A stretch of DNA of 64,000 nt from an uncultured archaeon (GCA_902386025.1 CABMHR010000002.1:56804-120803); one strand, 5' to 3'; positions 26,495 to 35,895 are shown, counted from the stretch's first letter. The notes: generated from the sequence alone by a model not told the origin. Translations and numbers: made by a program.

Positions 26495-26932
26495 TTATTT
26501 TTCTCCCTGCTTATGCCAGTCCCAGTATACTCTCAATTCGTGCCCTTTCCAGTTTCCATTAACACTCTCAAGATATTCTCTTTCTTTCTTCTTTGCAACA
26601 GGGTGAGCTTCGTTGTCAGTATTAAGCCCGTATGTCTTTACTAAAAATCTTTCAACTGCTTCGTGAATGCACAGGGATTTGAATTCTTTTCTCTTGTCCT
26701 TATCGCAGAAATATCTGTCTATAACAATTTTTCCTATTCTTCTGCTCCATTCTCCGACATGCGGCTGCTTTTTCACAGTGATTCTGTCAGATATTTTGTG
26801 CCCGTAGAAATTAAACGAAACCCTGTTTTTTGTGAATTTTATATTTGTAACAGGAGATTTCATAAAAATTTTCATAAGCTCTCTATGAGCCCTCTCAACA
26901 CGCCGTTTTACTATCCTGCTCTCTTTTTTCAT
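26495..26932 (-). CDS. Hypothetical protein
   Basis: 145-aa ORF. Its stop is 1 nt before the GNAT-like gene start, so they are probably an operon. No family recognised. Confidence 0.45.
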   Translation of the reverse strand: MKKESRIVKRRVERAHRELMKIFMKSPVTNIKFTKNRVSFNFYGHKISDRITVKKQPHVGEWSRRIGKIVIDRYFCDKDKRKEFKSLCIHEAVERFLVKTYGLNTDNEAHPVAKKKEREYLESVNGNWKGHELRVYWDWHKQGEK

Positions 26933-27021
26933 AATTGAAAGAGGGAAGGAGAATTTTTAAATGTTAATTTTTGAGGAAAGATAAAATAATATTTATAAAC
27001 CTAACTTACTAATAAATAATT

Positions 27022-27363
27022 ATGCAAACTAAAGAATGCAGATTTTCTTATAGCGGTTTGGATGATAGCTTGATAGTTTCATGTAAAGAAGAAAATGAAA
27101 ATGTTAAAGGAAGATTCAGTTTAGGTAATTTTATATTTAGTTTAACTGGAAGAGGGAAGATTATAGGGATTCAAGTATTAAATGTTTCAGAAGTTCTTCC
27201 AGAATATAACATAAATCCAAACCTTCTAAAAGAGATAAAAGATATAAATTTAATAACCGCCCAAAAAGAAGGGTGTCTTGTTATTGCATTAATATTTACA
27301 TTTAAGAATCAACAAGCAAAGATTTCTATTCCTCTAATGAATCTTAACCCCCTAATTAGCTAA
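27022..27363 (+). CDS. DUF2283-like protein
   Basis: GRGKIIGIQVLNVSEVLP parallels RKVLGIEILNASKNLP of the DUF2283 protein at 873..1088. Confidence 0.45.
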   Translation: MQTKECRFSYSGLDDSLIVSCKEENENVKGRFSLGNFIFSLTGRGKIIGIQVLNVSEVLPEYNINPNLLKEIKDINLITAQKEGCLVIALIFTFKNQQAKISIPLMNLNPLIS

Positions 27364-27752
27364 ATAAATTTTCTCCTATAATTTTTCCTTAAACTTTTTT
27401 CAAATTGTTTGTAGTTCATACTAATATGATATCCATTAATAATCATTGAGGGTTTTTTATCCAATACTAAAGAGATTATTACAAAAGTTCCATCATTTAA
27501 CTCATAATTAAAACTATAATATCTTTCTTTTTTCTCATTCTCTCTTAATTCAATTGTTTTAATTAATTCAAATTTTGGAAAAATTTCCTTAAGTATTTTC
27601 TCATCTGTTGCCTTCTCAATAAGAGAAAATTTAAAATGTTCATGCTTAAAGAAATCATCAAAAGAGTAATCTTTAATTTTATCAGTAATCTTTTTTATCT
27701 CTCCCTCTTCTTTGAAAATAGAAAGTATCTTAACCTTCATGTAGAAGTGCAA
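27360..27752 (-). CDS. Hypothetical protein, possibly DUF4258/toxin-like
   Basis: KHEHFKFSLIEKATDEKIL...YYSFNYELNDGTFVIISLVLDKKPSMIINGYHI loosely follows the DUF4258 pattern. Confidence 0.35.
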   Translation of the reverse strand: MHFYMKVKILSIFKEEGEIKKITDKIKDYSFDDFFKHEHFKFSLIEKATDEKILKEIFPKFELIKTIELRENEKKERYYSFNYELNDGTFVIISLVLDKKPSMIINGYHISMNYKQFEKSLRKNYRRKFI

Positions 27753-27793
27753 GAATAGTTAGTTTATATATACTTTTTAGGATATAAAAAGAA

Positions 27794-30379
27794 TTATTCT
27801 TCCTTTTCTTTCAGCTCTTTCAGATGAAGTTCGTGCATCCTCTTCAAGAACTTCTGCTTGTCTTCTATTTTTATCATATCTGTATGTCCTTGAATTATAA
27901 TGTCAAGTGCAAAGGGAGATGGAAGATTTGTATCCCTGATTTTTAGCTTTACTCTTCCTTCTTTTATCCACTGAAGGACAAGCTTTGCGTTTTCAATATC
28001 CATCAAATCTTCAAGGACTTCTCTTCTCGCTTCTCTAAGAATTGGGAACTCTGACGAAATCTTTTTTACAGCAGCAAGGACAAAATGGCTTTTCATCTGC
28101 TGTTTTCCAACACTTCTTGTTCTTCCCTTATAATTCCTTAATATCATAAGAGAACGTCCTGCGCAATGCCTGAATCTTCTCGCAAGAACATCTGTCCTTT
28201 CTACTGCTTCTTTTAAAACTTCTTCAAGATTTTCCGGCTTCAAAAAGCTCATAACTTTTTCAAGATTCATCTTTTCTCCTGCAATGTAAAAACTCGTGTC
28301 GTTGATTCCCATTTCAACATCTCTGCCTCCTGCCCTTCCTAAAAGAAAGCCAATTGCTCTTGAAAGAGCATCATTTACTCTTCTCCCATACATGCTGTGA
28401 AAGATGAGATAATGCTTTTCTGAATTGTATCTTTCAACAAGCAAGGTATTTGCGTGGGGAATCTCAAGATAATTATGCTGTTCATAAAAATAATTGTAAA
28501 TTGATTCTGCAGATTCTTTTTCAAGATAAAGATATTCCTTAATAAATTCAATAATTTCTGATTTTTTCATCTTGTTCCTGAATTTGTCATCAAGGAGAGT
28601 TCTTAATTTATTGATTTCAAGTGCAGAATCAAAACTTAATGGGAGCATTTCTGAAAACCAAGAAGGAATTGTAGGAGAGCGTTCAATAGTAGCCTTTACA
28701 TAAATATTCATTCCTCTTGTGTAAAGATAAATGTATTTTTTTCCCCCCAAAACAAAAACGTCGCCTTTTTTCATTCTTTCCAAAAATCCTTCGTCAATTG
28801 CCCCCACAGGCTCATTTGAAGGAGAAAGCTTTACGGTTATAAAAGATTCCTCAGGAATTGTTCCTATGTTTGTTAAATAAAGAACACGAGCCATTTTTCC
28901 TTTTTTTCCTATTTGTTTTGTCTTTGCATCATACCAGATTTTTGCGTAAATATTATTTTTCTCAAGAGCATAATCTCCTGCAAGATAACTGATAACATCA
29001 AAGAAATCATTTCTTGAAAGATTGCAGTAGCAGTAGCTTTTTTTTATTAAGGAAAATAATTCATCTGCATCCCATATTTTATAAATAGCCATTCCATAAA
29101 TCTGCTGGCTTAAAACATCAAGGCAGTTTTTTGGAAAATAAACGCGATTTATTTTTTTCTCCATCATTTCTTTCTGAATAACACTGCACTCAACCAAATC
29201 TGCCCTGTCAAGAATAATAAATCTTCCTTTCGCTGTCTCGTGAAGTTTATGCCCTGCTCTTCCCAATCTCTGCAATGCTCTCGCGCTGCTTTTTGGACTT
29301 CCCATCATTATAACTAAATCAATATAACCAATATCTATACCCAGCTCCAAACTTGTTGAACAAACAACAACTTTTAATTTCCCTGCTCTCAATCTTTCTT
29401 CAATATCAAATCTGAATTCCTTGCTTAAAGAAGAATGATGCGCTGCAATAGTATCATCTCCGTATTCTGTTGGGAAATGCTCTTTAAGATGATTAACGAC
29501 TCTTTCTGTTGCAGAACGCGTGTTTGTGAATATTAAAGTCGTTTTGTGCTCTTTTATCAGTGAATCAATTAATCCATACATACTTGAATCTAAATTTTCT
29601 TTGTTAATCAAATCCCCTATGCTCAGAACTTTAATGTCAAGTTTTTTATCCAGCTTTACATTTGCTATCAGAACTTCTCTTTCATCATCAATTCCCACAA
29701 GGAATTTTGCAACTTCTTCTAAAGGAGCAATTGTCGCACTTAATCCTATCTTGACAGGAAAAATCAGGCTGACTTCATTCAGCCTTTCAAGAGTTATGCT
29801 AAGATAAACCCCTCTTTTGTTGTCAAGGGCGTGAATTTCATCAACTATGCAGAATTCAAGTGTTTTAAGATAATCAACAAACTTTTTGGTTGTCAGAAGA
29901 ATTGCAAGAGATTCTGGCGTTGTTACTAAAATGTGCGGGGCTTTCTTAGCCATTTTTGTTCTTTCTGCGATTGTTGTGTCTCCTGTTCTCAAGCCAACAC
30001 GGATTTTCTGCAGGTTTATTCCCTTTGCTTCTGCTATTTTGTAAATTTCTTCCAATGGTTCTATAAGATTTTTGTGAATATCGTTGCTAAGAGCTTTCAG
30101 GGGAGAAACATAAACTGCATAAATATGCTCTTCAAGCTGATTTTTTTCTGCGAGTATTACAAGATAATTAATAATAGCAAGAAATGCTGTAAGAGTCTTG
30201 CTGCTTCCAGTAGGAGCAGAGATAAGAATATTTTTCCTTTCCCAAATATTCATTACCCCCATCTTCTGCGGTAGAGAGAATTTTTCAAATTTTGAAAAGA
30301 ACCATTCTTTGACTAAAGGATGCAAAATATTCATTATCTCCTTGTCTTCTCTTGATTCAGCTTCATAGATTTGTGTCAT
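27794..30379 (-). CDS. lhr: Lhr-core-type superfamily 2 DNA helicase (DEAD/DEAH + DEAD-associated C-terminal domain)
   Basis: SAPTGSSKT (motif I), VDEIHAL (II), SAT (III), HHSSLSKE, LELGIDIG, QRLGRAGH (VI). ~400-aa C-terminal extension typical of Lhr-core. Confidence 0.85.
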   Translation of the reverse strand: MTQIYEAESREDKEIMNILHPLVKEWFFSKFEKFSLPQKMGVMNIWERKNILISAPTGSSKTLTAFLAIINYLVILAEKNQLEEHIYAVYVSPLKALSNDIHKNLIEPLEEIYKIAEAKGINLQKIRVGLRTGDTTIAERTKMAKKAPHILVTTPESLAILLTTKKFVDYLKTLEFCIVDEIHALDNKRGVYLSITLERLNEVSLIFPVKIGLSATIAPLEEVAKFLVGIDDEREVLIANVKLDKKLDIKVLSIGDLINKENLDSSMYGLIDSLIKEHKTTLIFTNTRSATERVVNHLKEHFPTEYGDDTIAAHHSSLSKEFRFDIEERLRAGKLKVVVCSTSLELGIDIGYIDLVIMMGSPKSSARALQRLGRAGHKLHETAKGRFIILDRADLVECSVIQKEMMEKKINRVYFPKNCLDVLSQQIYGMAIYKIWDADELFSLIKKSYCYCNLSRNDFFDVISYLAGDYALEKNNIYAKIWYDAKTKQIGKKGKMARVLYLTNIGTIPEESFITVKLSPSNEPVGAIDEGFLERMKKGDVFVLGGKKYIYLYTRGMNIYVKATIERSPTIPSWFSEMLPLSFDSALEINKLRTLLDDKFRNKMKKSEIIEFIKEYLYLEKESAESIYNYFYEQHNYLEIPHANTLLVERYNSEKHYLIFHSMYGRRVNDALSRAIGFLLGRAGGRDVEMGINDTSFYIAGEKMNLEKVMSFLKPENLEEVLKEAVERTDVLARRFRHCAGRSLMILRNYKGRTRSVGKQQMKSHFVLAAVKKISSEFPILREARREVLEDLMDIENAKLVLQWIKEGRVKLKIRDTNLPSPFALDIIIQGHTDMIKIEDKQKFLKRMHELHLKELKEKEE

Positions 30380-30438
30380 ATTATTCTTCTCTACCAGTGA
30401 TACTAAAGGTTTATAAATCTATATGAAATATATTTCAT

Positions 30439-30792
30439 ATGAATAAAAAGACATACGAGATAAGCCCGTATTTTAATCATAATAATTACAACATCTTCTT
30501 TACAAATCTTGCTAACCCCTTGAAAATTGGGATTATCCTCTCTTTAAGAGTAAAAGAAAAGAATGTTTCTGAATTAGTTGAAGACTTGGAAGTTGAACAG
30601 AGCAAAATATCCCACGCACTGCAGTCATTAAAATCCTGCAATATTGTGAATATGAAACAAAAAGGGAAAGAAAGAGTTTATTCGCTGAACAAAGATACAA
30701 TTCTCCCGATACTTGAACTTATAGACAAGCATGCTGCTATTCACTGCAAATGTTCATCCTGCATGAAAGGATGCGACAGGAGAAGAATATGA
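30439..30792 (+). CDS. ArsR/SmtB-family transcriptional regulator with Cys-rich C-terminus
   Basis: LANPLKIGIILSLRVKEKNVSELVEDLEVEQSKISHALQSLKSCNIV...RVYSL. Tail: HCKCSSCMKGC. Confidence 0.8.
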   Translation: MNKKTYEISPYFNHNNYNIFFTNLANPLKIGIILSLRVKEKNVSELVEDLEVEQSKISHALQSLKSCNIVNMKQKGKERVYSLNKDTILPILELIDKHAAIHCKCSSCMKGCDRRRI

Positions 30793-31940
30793 AACTGATT
30801 TATTTTGACAATGCTGCGACAACAAGAGTAGATGATGATGTTCTGAAAGCGATGATTCCTTATTTTACAGAAAAATACGGCAATGCATCTTCAACACACT
30901 TTAAGGGGCAGGAAGCAAAAAATGCTCTTGAAGACAGCAGGAAAACAATCGCAAAAGCAATAGGTGCAAAAACCAGCGAAATAATTTTCACTTCTGGCGG
31001 AACAGAATCAAATAATCTTGCTCTGAAAGGCTTGTTCTTCTGGAATCAAGAGAATAACACAGGGAAAAATCATATAATTACAACAAGAATAGAACACGAC
31101 TGCGTTTTGAACTCTTGCAGATGGCTGGAAAAACAAGGGGCAAAAATAACTTATCTTGATGTTGATGCAGAAGGATTAATCAGTTTGGATGAACTTGAAA
31201 AAGCAATTACTCCAAAAACAATTCTTGTTTCAATAATTCATGGGAATAATGAAATAGGGACTATTCAGAATATGGAAGCAATTGGGAGTATCTGCAGGAA
31301 AAAAGGAGTCTTATTCCATACTGATGCATGTCAAAGTTTCACAAAAGTCCCGATAGATGTAAGAAAGCAGAATTTGAATTTGGTTACTTTAAACTCCCAT
31401 AAAATTCACGGCCCAAAAGGAGTTGGAGCATTATACATTCAGGAAGGAATCCCAATAACTCCTGTCTCGCACGGAGGAGGACACGAAAGAAAAATAAGAA
31501 GCGGGACAGAAAATGTCTCTGGAATTGTAGGATTTGCAAAAGCAGTTGAAATTTCAAAGAAGAAAGACATAGAAAATATGATTAGATTAAGAGATAGATT
31601 AATTGAAGGAATATTAAGAATTCCTAATACAAAACTTAATGGTTCAAGAACAAAGAGATTATGCAATAATGTAAATATTTCATTTAATAATATTGAAGGA
31701 GAATCAATAGGGGGATATCTAGAGCAGATTGGAATATGCACTTCAACCGGAAGCGCCTGTGCTTCACACTCGCTTGAAACAAGCCACGTATTGAAATCAA
31801 TCGGCTTGACTCCAATTCAGGCAAACAGCTCGTTAAGAATAAGCATAAGCAAATACACGACAGATGAAGAAATAAATTATTTTCTTGAGAATCTCGCAAG
31901 GATAGTTGAGAAATTAAGAAAAATAAGCCCGATAAAATGA
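30789..31940 (+). CDS. iscS: Cysteine desulfurase (IscS/NifS)
   Basis: MKLIYFDNAATT, SGGTESNN, HTDACQ, NSHKIHGPKG (PLP-Lys), SGSACAS active-site loop. I prefer the start at 30789 (ATGA overlap with the ArsR stop) over the track start at 30750. Confidence 0.9.
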   Translation: MKLIYFDNAATTRVDDDVLKAMIPYFTEKYGNASSTHFKGQEAKNALEDSRKTIAKAIGAKTSEIIFTSGGTESNNLALKGLFFWNQENNTGKNHIITTRIEHDCVLNSCRWLEKQGAKITYLDVDAEGLISLDELEKAITPKTILVSIIHGNNEIGTIQNMEAIGSICRKKGVLFHTDACQSFTKVPIDVRKQNLNLVTLNSHKIHGPKGVGALYIQEGIPITPVSHGGGHERKIRSGTENVSGIVGFAKAVEISKKKDIENMIRLRDRLIEGILRIPNTKLNGSRTKRLCNNVNISFNNIEGESIGGYLEQIGICTSTGSACASHSLETSHVLKSIGLTPIQANSSLRISISKYTTDEEINYFLENLARIVEKLRKISPIK

Positions 31941-32167
31941 AAACAAAAACAGCAAAAGATGAAATTAGAAAGGATATGACATTCGCAGAACTGCTTGAAA
32001 AGCATCCCGAAACTGCAAATGACTTGTTTGAAGCAGGACTGCACTGCATTGGATGCGGGGGTGCAATGTATGAAACAATTGAGCAGGGATGCCAGATGCA
32101 CGGCTTTTCAAAAAAAGAAATTGATGAGCTTATTAAAAAATTAAATAAGGGAAAAAAAGAAAAATGA
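31937..32167 (+). CDS. DUF1858 / hybrid-cluster-protein-associated redox disulfide domain protein
   Basis: TFAELLEKHPETANDLFEAGLHCIGCGGAMYETIEQGCQMHG. Confidence 0.7.
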   Translation: MKTKTAKDEIRKDMTFAELLEKHPETANDLFEAGLHCIGCGGAMYETIEQGCQMHGFSKKEIDELIKKLNKGKKEK

Positions 32168-32565
32168 CAATAGAATATTCAAAAAAAGTTATGCAGAATT
32201 ATATGAATCCTAAAAATCTCGGAGAGATTAAAGATGCAGACGGGATTGGAAGAGTGGGAAACCCGACATGCGGGGATATAATGGAGGTTTACATCAAAGT
32301 TGAAAAGAAAGGAAAGAAAAAAATAATCAAGGATATTAAATTCAAAACATTCGGCTGTGCTGCAGCAATAGCAACTTCATCTATGGTTACACAGCTTGCA
32401 AAGGGAAAGACATTTGCAGAAGCTGAAAAGATAAAATATGACAATGTTGTTGAATCACTCGGAGGACTTCCCCGAGTGAAAGTGCATTGTTCAATGATGG
32501 CGACAGAAGCACTGAAAAAAGCAATTGAAGATTATGAAAAGAAGGTGGAGAAAATTGGAAAATAA
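32164..32565 (+). CDS. iscU: Fe-S cluster scaffold IscU/NifU-like
   Basis: GNPTCGDIMEVYIKV, FKTFGCAAAIATSS, HCSMMATEALKKAI (three conserved Cys). Confidence 0.9.
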   Translation: MTIEYSKKVMQNYMNPKNLGEIKDADGIGRVGNPTCGDIMEVYIKVEKKGKKKIIKDIKFKTFGCAAAIATSSMVTQLAKGKTFAEAEKIKYDNVVESLGGLPRVKVHCSMMATEALKKAIEDYEKKVEKIGK

Positions 32566-33031
32566 ACATGTGGGATTTCTTGTTCTGGGAATTGCTGCAG
32601 TATTTATAATTGTGATATTATTATTCCAAAATACACTGACACAAATAACAGGCACAAGCTGTTCAATGGAAAAGGATATATGTCCTATGTATAAAACAAT
32701 AAACACCCAGACTTATCTTGCACTTTCAATTACTGGATTATTGATTATTGTTGGATTAATCTTGATTTTTGTAAAGCCAAAGGAAAAAATAATTATAAAA
32801 AAAATTAAGGAAAAAAAGAAAAGCATAGATAAAAGCAAGCTTGATAAAAATGAAAAACAAGTTATTGATATTCTAGAGCAGGAAAATGGTGCAGTATTTC
32901 AAAGAACATTAATGGAAAAATTAGGGATTGGGAAAGTTGGAATCACACGGCTTTTAGATAAATTAGAAGCGAAACAATTTATTGAAAGAAAAAGACGCGG
33001 TATGAACAATATTGTTGTATTAAGAAATTAA
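32525..33031 (+). CDS. Membrane-anchored wHTH transcriptional regulator (COG2512-like)
   Basis: Two TM helices, then QVIDILEQENGAVFQRTLMEKLGIGKVGITRLLDKLEAKQFIERKRRG. The true start is uncertain (TTG 32555 or GTG 32570 would reduce overlap with iscU). Confidence 0.65.
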   Translation: MKIMKRRWRKLENKHVGFLVLGIAAVFIIVILLFQNTLTQITGTSCSMEKDICPMYKTINTQTYLALSITGLLIIVGLILIFVKPKEKIIIKKIKEKKKSIDKSKLDKNEKQVIDILEQENGAVFQRTLMEKLGIGKVGITRLLDKLEAKQFIERKRRGMNNIVVLRN

Positions 33032-33126
33032 AGAGAAAATTAAGCGAAGAAAACCACGGATTGCCTCGCGAAACTAGTTTCTCCAAAGCGGATATAAGAA
33101 TAATTCTTCTAAGAATATTAATTAAA

Positions 33127-33360
33127 ATGGAGGAAACCAAAATGAAAACATGGATAATTGTGGGATTGATTGTTGGCTTATTATTAGCCGGTGGAATTGC
33201 AATGGTTAGCGCACTTTCAACAGAACAGCCAAATTCCACAACTTCTTCAACAGCAGGAGCAGGCTGTTCCAGCTGCGGCGGAAAATGCACTGCAGACAAA
33301 AACTGCGGTTTGGCGACGTGTGGAGCAGTCAACGGCGGGAAATGCAGCTGCGGGAAATAG
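33127..33360 (+). CDS. Small membrane-anchored Cys-rich peptide
   Basis: MEETKMKTWIIVGLIVGLLLAGGIAMV (TM helix), S/T-rich linker, then GCSSCGGKCTADKNCGLATCGAVNGGKCSCGK (7 Cys in 32 aa). The track ORF starts at 33061 with a non-ATG codon. Confidence 0.55.
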   Translation: MEETKMKTWIIVGLIVGLLLAGGIAMVSALSTEQPNSTTSSTAGAGCSSCGGKCTADKNCGLATCGAVNGGKCSCGK

Positions 33361-33381
33361 GAAAAGGGGCTTGCCCCTTCC
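33360..33381 (+). terminator. GC-rich hairpin immediately after the Cys-rich peptide gene
   Basis: GGAAAAGGGGC-TT-GCCCCTTCC. This is the strongest local stem in an otherwise AT-rich spacer. Confidence 0.35.
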
Positions 33382-33532
33382 TATTCCAAACTTTTATAAA
33401 CTCTCTTTATTGCTTATTCTTATAAGAAGATTAGAATAGTGGGTCTTACAATAATATGATTCAGATTTGCTATAAATTATAACCTTTCTTTAAACAAAAC
33501 AAAAATTTTGAAAAAAGTTAGAAAACTTTACA

Positions 33533-34771
33533 ATGGAACAATTTGAAAAACTCGGTTTGAGCAAAGAAGTATTGGTTGTTCTGGAAGAAGCGGGTTTTAA
33601 AAAACCCTCGGAAATTCAGGAAAAATCAATTCCTTTAGCTTTAGCTGGAAAAGATATCATAGGCGGTTCAGCAACAGGAAGCGGGAAAACTTTAGTCTTT
33701 GCTTCGCCAATTATTGAAAATCTGAAAACAGACAGCGGAGTTCAGAATAGGATTCAGGCATTAATCCTTACCCCTACAAGAGAACTTGCAGAGCAGGTTG
33801 CAAAATCAATAAAGCAATTTTCCAAAAACAGAAAATTAAATATTCTTGCTGTTTATGGCGGAGTTGATATTGAACAGCAGATAAGAAGGCTGAGAAGCAC
33901 AGATGTCGTTGTTGGAACTCCTGGGAGAATTTTAGACCATCTAAAAAGAAGAACTATTGATTTAAGAAATGTAAAAATTCTTGTTCTTGATGAAGTTGAC
34001 AGAATGTTTGATATGGGTTTCAGCCACGATGTTGAATCAATATTATACCAATGCCCGAAAGAAAGGCAGACAATGATGTTTTCTGCAACAATATCCCCTG
34101 ATATAGATTATTTGGCAACAAAACATACGAGAAATGCAGTCAAAATATCAGCAGAATCACAGGTAGACCCGTCAAAATTAAGGCAGATTTATTATGATGT
34201 TCCTACTGGAAATAAATTTTCTTTGTTTGCACATTTATTGAAAGAAGAAACTACTGGATTAGTGATGGTTTTCTGCAATACAAGAAGAAATGTTGATTTT
34301 GTTGCAGACAATCTTAACAGGATAGGAATTCACAGCCAAGCAATTCACGGAGGGCTTACACAGAACAACAGAACAAGAGTTCTTGAAGAATTTAAAAAAG
34401 AAAATATAAAAGTTTTAGTCTGCACAGATGTTGCAGGAAGAGGGCTTGACATAAAAGGAGTAAGCCACGTTTACAATTATAATATTCCAAAAATAAGCAC
34501 AGATTATATTCATAGAATCGGAAGAACAGCAAGAGCAGGCGCAGATGGAAGAGTGATAAATCTGTTATCCAGCGAAGATTATCTTCTTTTTGGAAAAATA
34601 ATGGAAGATGATTCTCTGAAGAAAACAATAAAAGAAGAGCCTCTTCCTGAATTTGAGTTTATAAGAATCAGGGCAGAATTTAAAAGAGATTTTTCTGCAA
34701 GAAGAAATTTCCCAAGGAATTTTCAAAGAAGAGATTCAAGACAAAGAACTTATCACAAACCAAGAAGATAG
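33533..34771 (+). CDS. DEAD-box ATP-dependent RNA helicase
   Basis: Q-motif region, GSATGSGKT, PTRELA, TPGR, DEVD, SAT, HRIGRTARAG. R-rich C-terminal tail. Confidence 0.9.
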   Translation: MEQFEKLGLSKEVLVVLEEAGFKKPSEIQEKSIPLALAGKDIIGGSATGSGKTLVFASPIIENLKTDSGVQNRIQALILTPTRELAEQVAKSIKQFSKNRKLNILAVYGGVDIEQQIRRLRSTDVVVGTPGRILDHLKRRTIDLRNVKILVLDEVDRMFDMGFSHDVESILYQCPKERQTMMFSATISPDIDYLATKHTRNAVKISAESQVDPSKLRQIYYDVPTGNKFSLFAHLLKEETTGLVMVFCNTRRNVDFVADNLNRIGIHSQAIHGGLTQNNRTRVLEEFKKENIKVLVCTDVAGRGLDIKGVSHVYNYNIPKISTDYIHRIGRTARAGADGRVINLLSSEDYLLFGKIMEDDSLKKTIKEEPLPEFEFIRIRAEFKRDFSARRNFPRNFQRRDSRQRTYHKPRR

Positions 34772-34801
34772 ATTTTTAAATTTGAAAGAATTAATTTTTA
34801 T

Positions 34802-35044
34802 ATGATTTCCCTGTCTTTAATAGGATTGTCTATAATTATTCTTTCGTGGATTGTTGAATTTTTCTTAATGGGAAAAAGAAAAAAAATAAGTCCGATATTT
34901 ATAGGAATTTATCTTGCGGGAGCCGGTGTTTTGGTTTACGAAGGATTTACTTCTAATTCAATAGAATTGGGAATTGCAAATCTTGTCAGCCTTGCTGCTG
35001 CAGCAGTTGTTTTGGGAAAATCATTGGTTGAAGGGAAAGAATAA
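34802..35044 (+). CDS. Small membrane protein
   Basis: 80-aa ORF with three hydrophobic segments. Confidence 0.45.
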   Translation: MISLSLIGLSIIILSWIVEFFLMGKRKKISPIFIGIYLAGAGVLVYEGFTSNSIELGIANLVSLAAAAVVLGKSLVEGKE

Positions 35045-35073
35045 TTTAAAATCTCTTTTTCTTATTGTTTTAT

Positions 35074-35895
35074 ATGGATGCGAATATAGAATTGAAGGTT
35101 AAAAAAGTATTAGCAGGGCTTGGGATAAACAAAAAAGAAAAGATACTGGTTGCACTTTCAGGAGGGAAAGATTCTTCTGTCACTGCATATCTGCTTAAAA
35201 AATTCGGCTATAATATTGAAGGCTTCCACATTGATTTGGGGATGGGGGATTACAGCAAAAACTGCCTGAATGCAGTGAAACAACTTTGTGAAGAACTTGA
35301 AATAAAACTGCATCTTTACAACATAAAAGAAGAAATGGGCGGAAGCATGTGCTACATCAGAACTTCAATCCAGACAAGCAGCGGAAAGGGGCTGAAAAAC
35401 TGCGCAATATGCGGAGTTATAAAAAAATGGATTATGAACAAGGAAGCAAGAAACCTGAAAGTAAGCAAGATTGCAACCGGACATAATCTAGACGATGAAA
35501 CACAAACTTTTCTTATGAATATGATGAAAGGAAGCCCGCAGTTAAGCGCAAATTCTGGAGCTGTAACAAGAAATGTAAAAGACAGGAAATTTATTTCTAG
35601 AATAAAGCCATTATTCTATATTGCAGAAGAAGATATAAGAGAATATTCAAAAGCAAAAAAACTGCCTGTTGTTTATGACAAATGCCCGTGCGCCTTGGAT
35701 TCTTACAGAATACAGATGAGAAAATTTGTAAATACTCTAACAGCAAAAGAAAAAGAAAATGTTATGAAAAATTTTGAAAAACTTTTTCCAAGAATACAAA
35801 AATTAAAATCAGAAGAAAAATTAAATTACTGCAAAATCTGCGGAGAGCCTTCAAGAAATAAAATATGCAGAATGTGCGAATTGGTTAAAAAGTAA
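35074..35895 (+). CDS. PP-loop ATPase of the TtuA/NcsA/TtcA tRNA-thiolation family
   Basis: LSGGKDSSV (PP-loop), ATGHNLDDE, CAICG, CPC, C-terminal CKICG...CRMC. ATG at 35074 is preferred over the track start at 35065. Confidence 0.7.
   Translation: MDANIELKVKKVLAGLGINKKEKILVALSGGKDSSVTAYLLKKFGYNIEGFHIDLGMGDYSKNCLNAVKQLCEELEIKLHLYNIKEEMGGSMCYIRTSIQTSSGKGLKNCAICGVIKKWIMNKEARNLKVSKIATGHNLDDETQTFLMNMMKGSPQLSANSGAVTRNVKDRKFISRIKPLFYIAEEDIREYSKAKKLPVVYDKCPCALDSYRIQMRKFVNTLTAKEKENVMKNFEKLFPRIQKLKSEEKLNYCKICGEPSRNKICRMCELVKK

Noticed and set aside
30750-30788. Upstream extensions of track ORFs: iscS from 30750, nrdD from 36751, folA from 42159, S24e from 18923, and the Cys peptide from 33061.
   Set aside because: Each extension overlaps the preceding gene and adds non-conserved residues. 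In each case an internal ATG gives the canonical N-terminus and a 0-4 nt junction with the upstream gene.
32979-33332. 117-aa minus-strand ORF overlapping the Cys-rich peptide gene and the end of the wHTH gene.
   Set aside because: It overlaps the 3' end of a recognisable wHTH gene. The plus-strand reading gives a coherent TM helix plus Cys-rich domain followed by a hairpin. The minus-strand product has no start context or family features.
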